64,000 nt of DNA from a bacterium (GTDB taxonomy: Bacteria; Electryoneota; JAOADG01), in NCBI GenBank assembly GCA_963681965.1, contig OY820579.1:2240001-2304000 (forward strand), in the 5' to 3' direction. Shown piece by piece: positions 61,580-64,000 of the stretch (the first letter of the stretch is position 1; each line of letters begins with the position of its first letter). A model generated the notes under the pieces. The model was given only the letters and a program-made list of their open reading frames with translations. It had not been told where the DNA came from and did no database searches. The position numbers and the translations under genes are program-made.

Positions 61580-62860
61580 GGTAGCGGCGGAGTAAAAGAG
61601 GCCGTTTTTTTTTTGCGTAGGGGCGTATGGCATACGCCCGAAGCGGCAGGCAGCGCCTGACGCCGAGTATGTCTCCTGATATGTAAACAAGAGGAGTCGG
61701 AATAAATTCCGACCTACCGAAAAGAAGATGCACGCAGGTTTGGAGGTCTGCATCACCAACAGGATGGGAGTTGGGGGTTAGGAGTTGGGAATTTGGGGAA
61801 AAGATCGGTAGCGGCGGACTTTAGTCCGCTCTAAGTTCTGCTTTCTTTGTAGCCGCAGGCTTCATCCTGCGTTCTTGTATCTTTTTTGATCCTGTATCCT
61901 GCAGTGGGGTGACCCTCCGCGAACGCCCGCTCTTGTATCTTTTTTACCCCAATACCCACAACCTACCACCCACCACCCATTTTTCGTAGGGGCGTATGGC
62001 ATACGCCCGAAGCGGCAGGCAGTGCCTGACGCCGAGTATGTATCCTGATATGTGAACAAGAGGAGTCGGAATAAATTCCGACCTACGGAAAAGAAGATAC
62101 TCGCAGGCTCGGAGGCCTGCGCCACCAAAGACAAGACACAGGAGGTGGTCAGAACAAGTTCTGACCTACGGAAAAGAAGATGCACGCAGGTTTGGAGGTC
62201 TGCGCCACCATCAGGATGGGAGTTGGGGGTTAGGAGTTGGGAATTTGGGGAAAAGAGGGGTAGCGGCGGACTTTAGTCCGCTCTAAGTTCTGCTTTCTTT
62301 GTAGCCGCAGACTTCAGCCTGCGTTTTTTTTCTGATTATGACACAAGAGGAGTCGGAATAAATTCCGACCTACGGAAAAGAAGATACTCGCAGGCTCGGA
62401 TGTATGCACCACCAACAGGATGGGAGTTGGGGGTTAGGAGTTGGGAATTTGGGGAAAAGAGGGGTAGCGGCGGACTTTAGTCCGCTCTAAGTTCTGCTTT
62501 CTTTGTAGCCGCAGGCTTCAGCCTGCTTTTTTTTTCTGATTATGACACAAGAGGAGTCGGAATAAATTCCGACATACTTCCTGACACAGGAGGTGGTCAG
62601 AACAAGTTCTGACCTACGGAAAAGAAGATGCACGCAGGCTCGGAGGCCTGCGCCGCCAAAGACAAGACACAGGAGGTGGTCAGAACAAGTTCTGACCTAC
62701 CGCAACACGATCCTCCTATCACCCAATCTTTTTAGTAGGGGCGGACCCCCGTGTCCGCCCGCTCTCTTTTTTTTTATTCCCCAACGCCCACAACCTACCA
62801 TCCACCACCCATCTTGTAGCCCCCGCTGGCGGGGGTTGGGGGTGGTCGCGCCGGTAGGCG
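61580..62860. repeat. Large palindrome mosaic with a triplicated composite block
   Basis: Block CAGGATGGGAGTTGGGGGTTAGGAGTTGGG...GTAGCGGCGGACTTTAGTCCGC...GTAGCCGCAG starts at 61760, 62212 and 62416. Confidence 0.92.
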
Positions 62861-62918
62861 CGTGAGCGAAGCAAAAAAAACTCGCAATCAAGTTTTTCTT
62901 TAGAATCTTCTTTTTAGG

Positions 62919-63052
62919 ACTCTAGAGTCCACTAAAAACTCTGGACTCGGAATCTTCTGTATCTTTCCTCGTTACCTCTAAAGATTCTTTATTTAGCTCG
63001 CAGTATGACTCTAGAGTAAAGACTCTAAAGAAGACTCTAGAGATAAAGACTC
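62919..63052. repeat. Short GACTCTAGAG direct repeats
   Basis: Copies at 62919, 63007, 63021 (GACTCTAAAG), 63033 and a partial at 63048. Confidence 0.6.
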
Positions 63053-63301
63053 GGTTGATATTTTCATGTTGTTGTGAATACATCGGTTAGACGCGTTTTC
63101 TGAGTGATAAATTGGCATCATCGGTGGATAACTCCGATAATTCAATATAAATAATACACTTATCTAGAATTGTAATGTAAATGCTTCCGAGAGTCCGATT
63201 CCGGTTAGGATAATGTGGAGATTTTCGAATTTATATGTTTTGAATAATTAATGGATGCTTAAAATTGTATCGAATTTATTTTGCCGAAACAAAAATAACT
63301 C

Positions 63302-63330
63302 TTGACTTTTGCCTAAAAATGTATTATATT
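63302..63330 (+). promoter_or_regulatory. Candidate sigma70 promoter
   Basis: TTGACT-17bp-TATATT with an A-rich upstream tract. Confidence 0.6.
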
Positions 63331-63531
63331 ATATACAAGATGGGGAATAGGTGTTGGGTGATGGGGAGTGGGGAAAAGAAAAAAAACGATTAAAACTTCC
63401 ATTGGCACTGTGCATTCACATCATCAAACATCACCAACCATCCAACTCCGACGCTTACTGCTGCGATCTCTGACCAACAAAGACTCTTTTATAAAAAATC
63501 TCACCGTATCTTCCGCGAAAGGAATCCAACC

Positions 63532-63888
63532 ATGTCCGATATCAATGAATGGTGGCTGCAAGGGCGTATCGGCGCCATTTCACCGCTTATCCCCGATCGC
63601 AAAACCAGCTTCTGCAAAGTCACCCTCGTTACCTCCACCCGCATCGATCACCGCCAGAAAGACATCGAAGACTGGCATGAAATCATCATGGGTCATGATG
63701 TCGCGGAACAATTCCTTTCCGAAGCTGCTGTCGGGAAAAAAATACGCTGTAAGGGATATCTTCTTCGGCGTCGAATCAGACCTAAAAACTCCAACATATC
63801 TCCAGAGTCACAAATGATTGCGACTTGGTATTCTATCGACTGTGTGAAAAGGTTCAACGAGGCAAATCATATCAGATTCGTTGCCTAA
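63532..63888 (+). CDS. Divergent single-stranded DNA-binding (OB-fold) protein
   Basis: INEWWLQGRI, EDWHEII, AEQ...VGKKIRCKGYL follow the SSB pattern; AAAGGA RBS; no acidic tail. Confidence 0.55.
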   Translation: MSDINEWWLQGRIGAISPLIPDRKTSFCKVTLVTSTRIDHRQKDIEDWHEIIMGHDVAEQFLSEAAVGKKIRCKGYLLRRRIRPKNSNISPESQMIATWYSIDCVKRFNEANHIRFVA

Positions 63889-64000
63889 TCGATCTCCAGT
63901 GACGAACACAAAATTTCTCAATTCAGTCGGATTTTGAGTTTCAGAGTGTTAAAAATGTGGTTATTATATAACACTACATTCTGCACTGCATCTTCGCCAA

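Noticed and set aside
63070-63135. oriC / DnaA-box cluster
   Set aside because: Only one or two imperfect boxes are present, with no dnaA-region genes.

Overview
Chromosomal window from a diderm bacterium, probably of the FCB superphylum (inferred from T9SS-type C-terminal domains, a C25 peptidase and a Bacteroidota-like short NuoG; no finer taxonomy is possible from this sequence). In order it holds: a putative ceramide-synthesis trio (3' end of spt, bCerS-like GNAT, CerR-like reductase) coupled to a HIT-like gene and a fused MrfA/MrfB-type helicase-exonuclease; a lipoprotein and outer-membrane barrel; rpiB-glyA-nrdR; a complete nuoA-N operon preceded by a Rex-like operator; secreted, glycan and transport genes; a truncated beta-barrel pseudogene; tryptophanase, coaD, tig, tRNA-Leu(UAG), tadA and an SSB-like ORF. 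Two things stand out. (1) A ~3.2 kb AT-rich, integrase-less island sits in the 3' end of tnaA, bounded by a 68-bp direct repeat and supplying its own terminator. It encodes a four-gene operon I cannot assign to a known system: a stand-alone GlnD/GlnE-type nucleotidyltransferase, two paralogous 2TM-winged-helix proteins and a divergent RelA/SpoT small alarmone synthetase. This is a candidate new nucleotide-based defence or toxin-antitoxin system. (2) Most of the longer intergenic spaces, including seven inside the nuo operon, are mosaics of more than ten distinct REP-like palindrome families, a GNA-triloop element and heptamer repeats. They include two tandem arrays (101-bp and 99-bp units) that are not CRISPRs. 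All protein assignments are motif recognition by eye; no searches were run.
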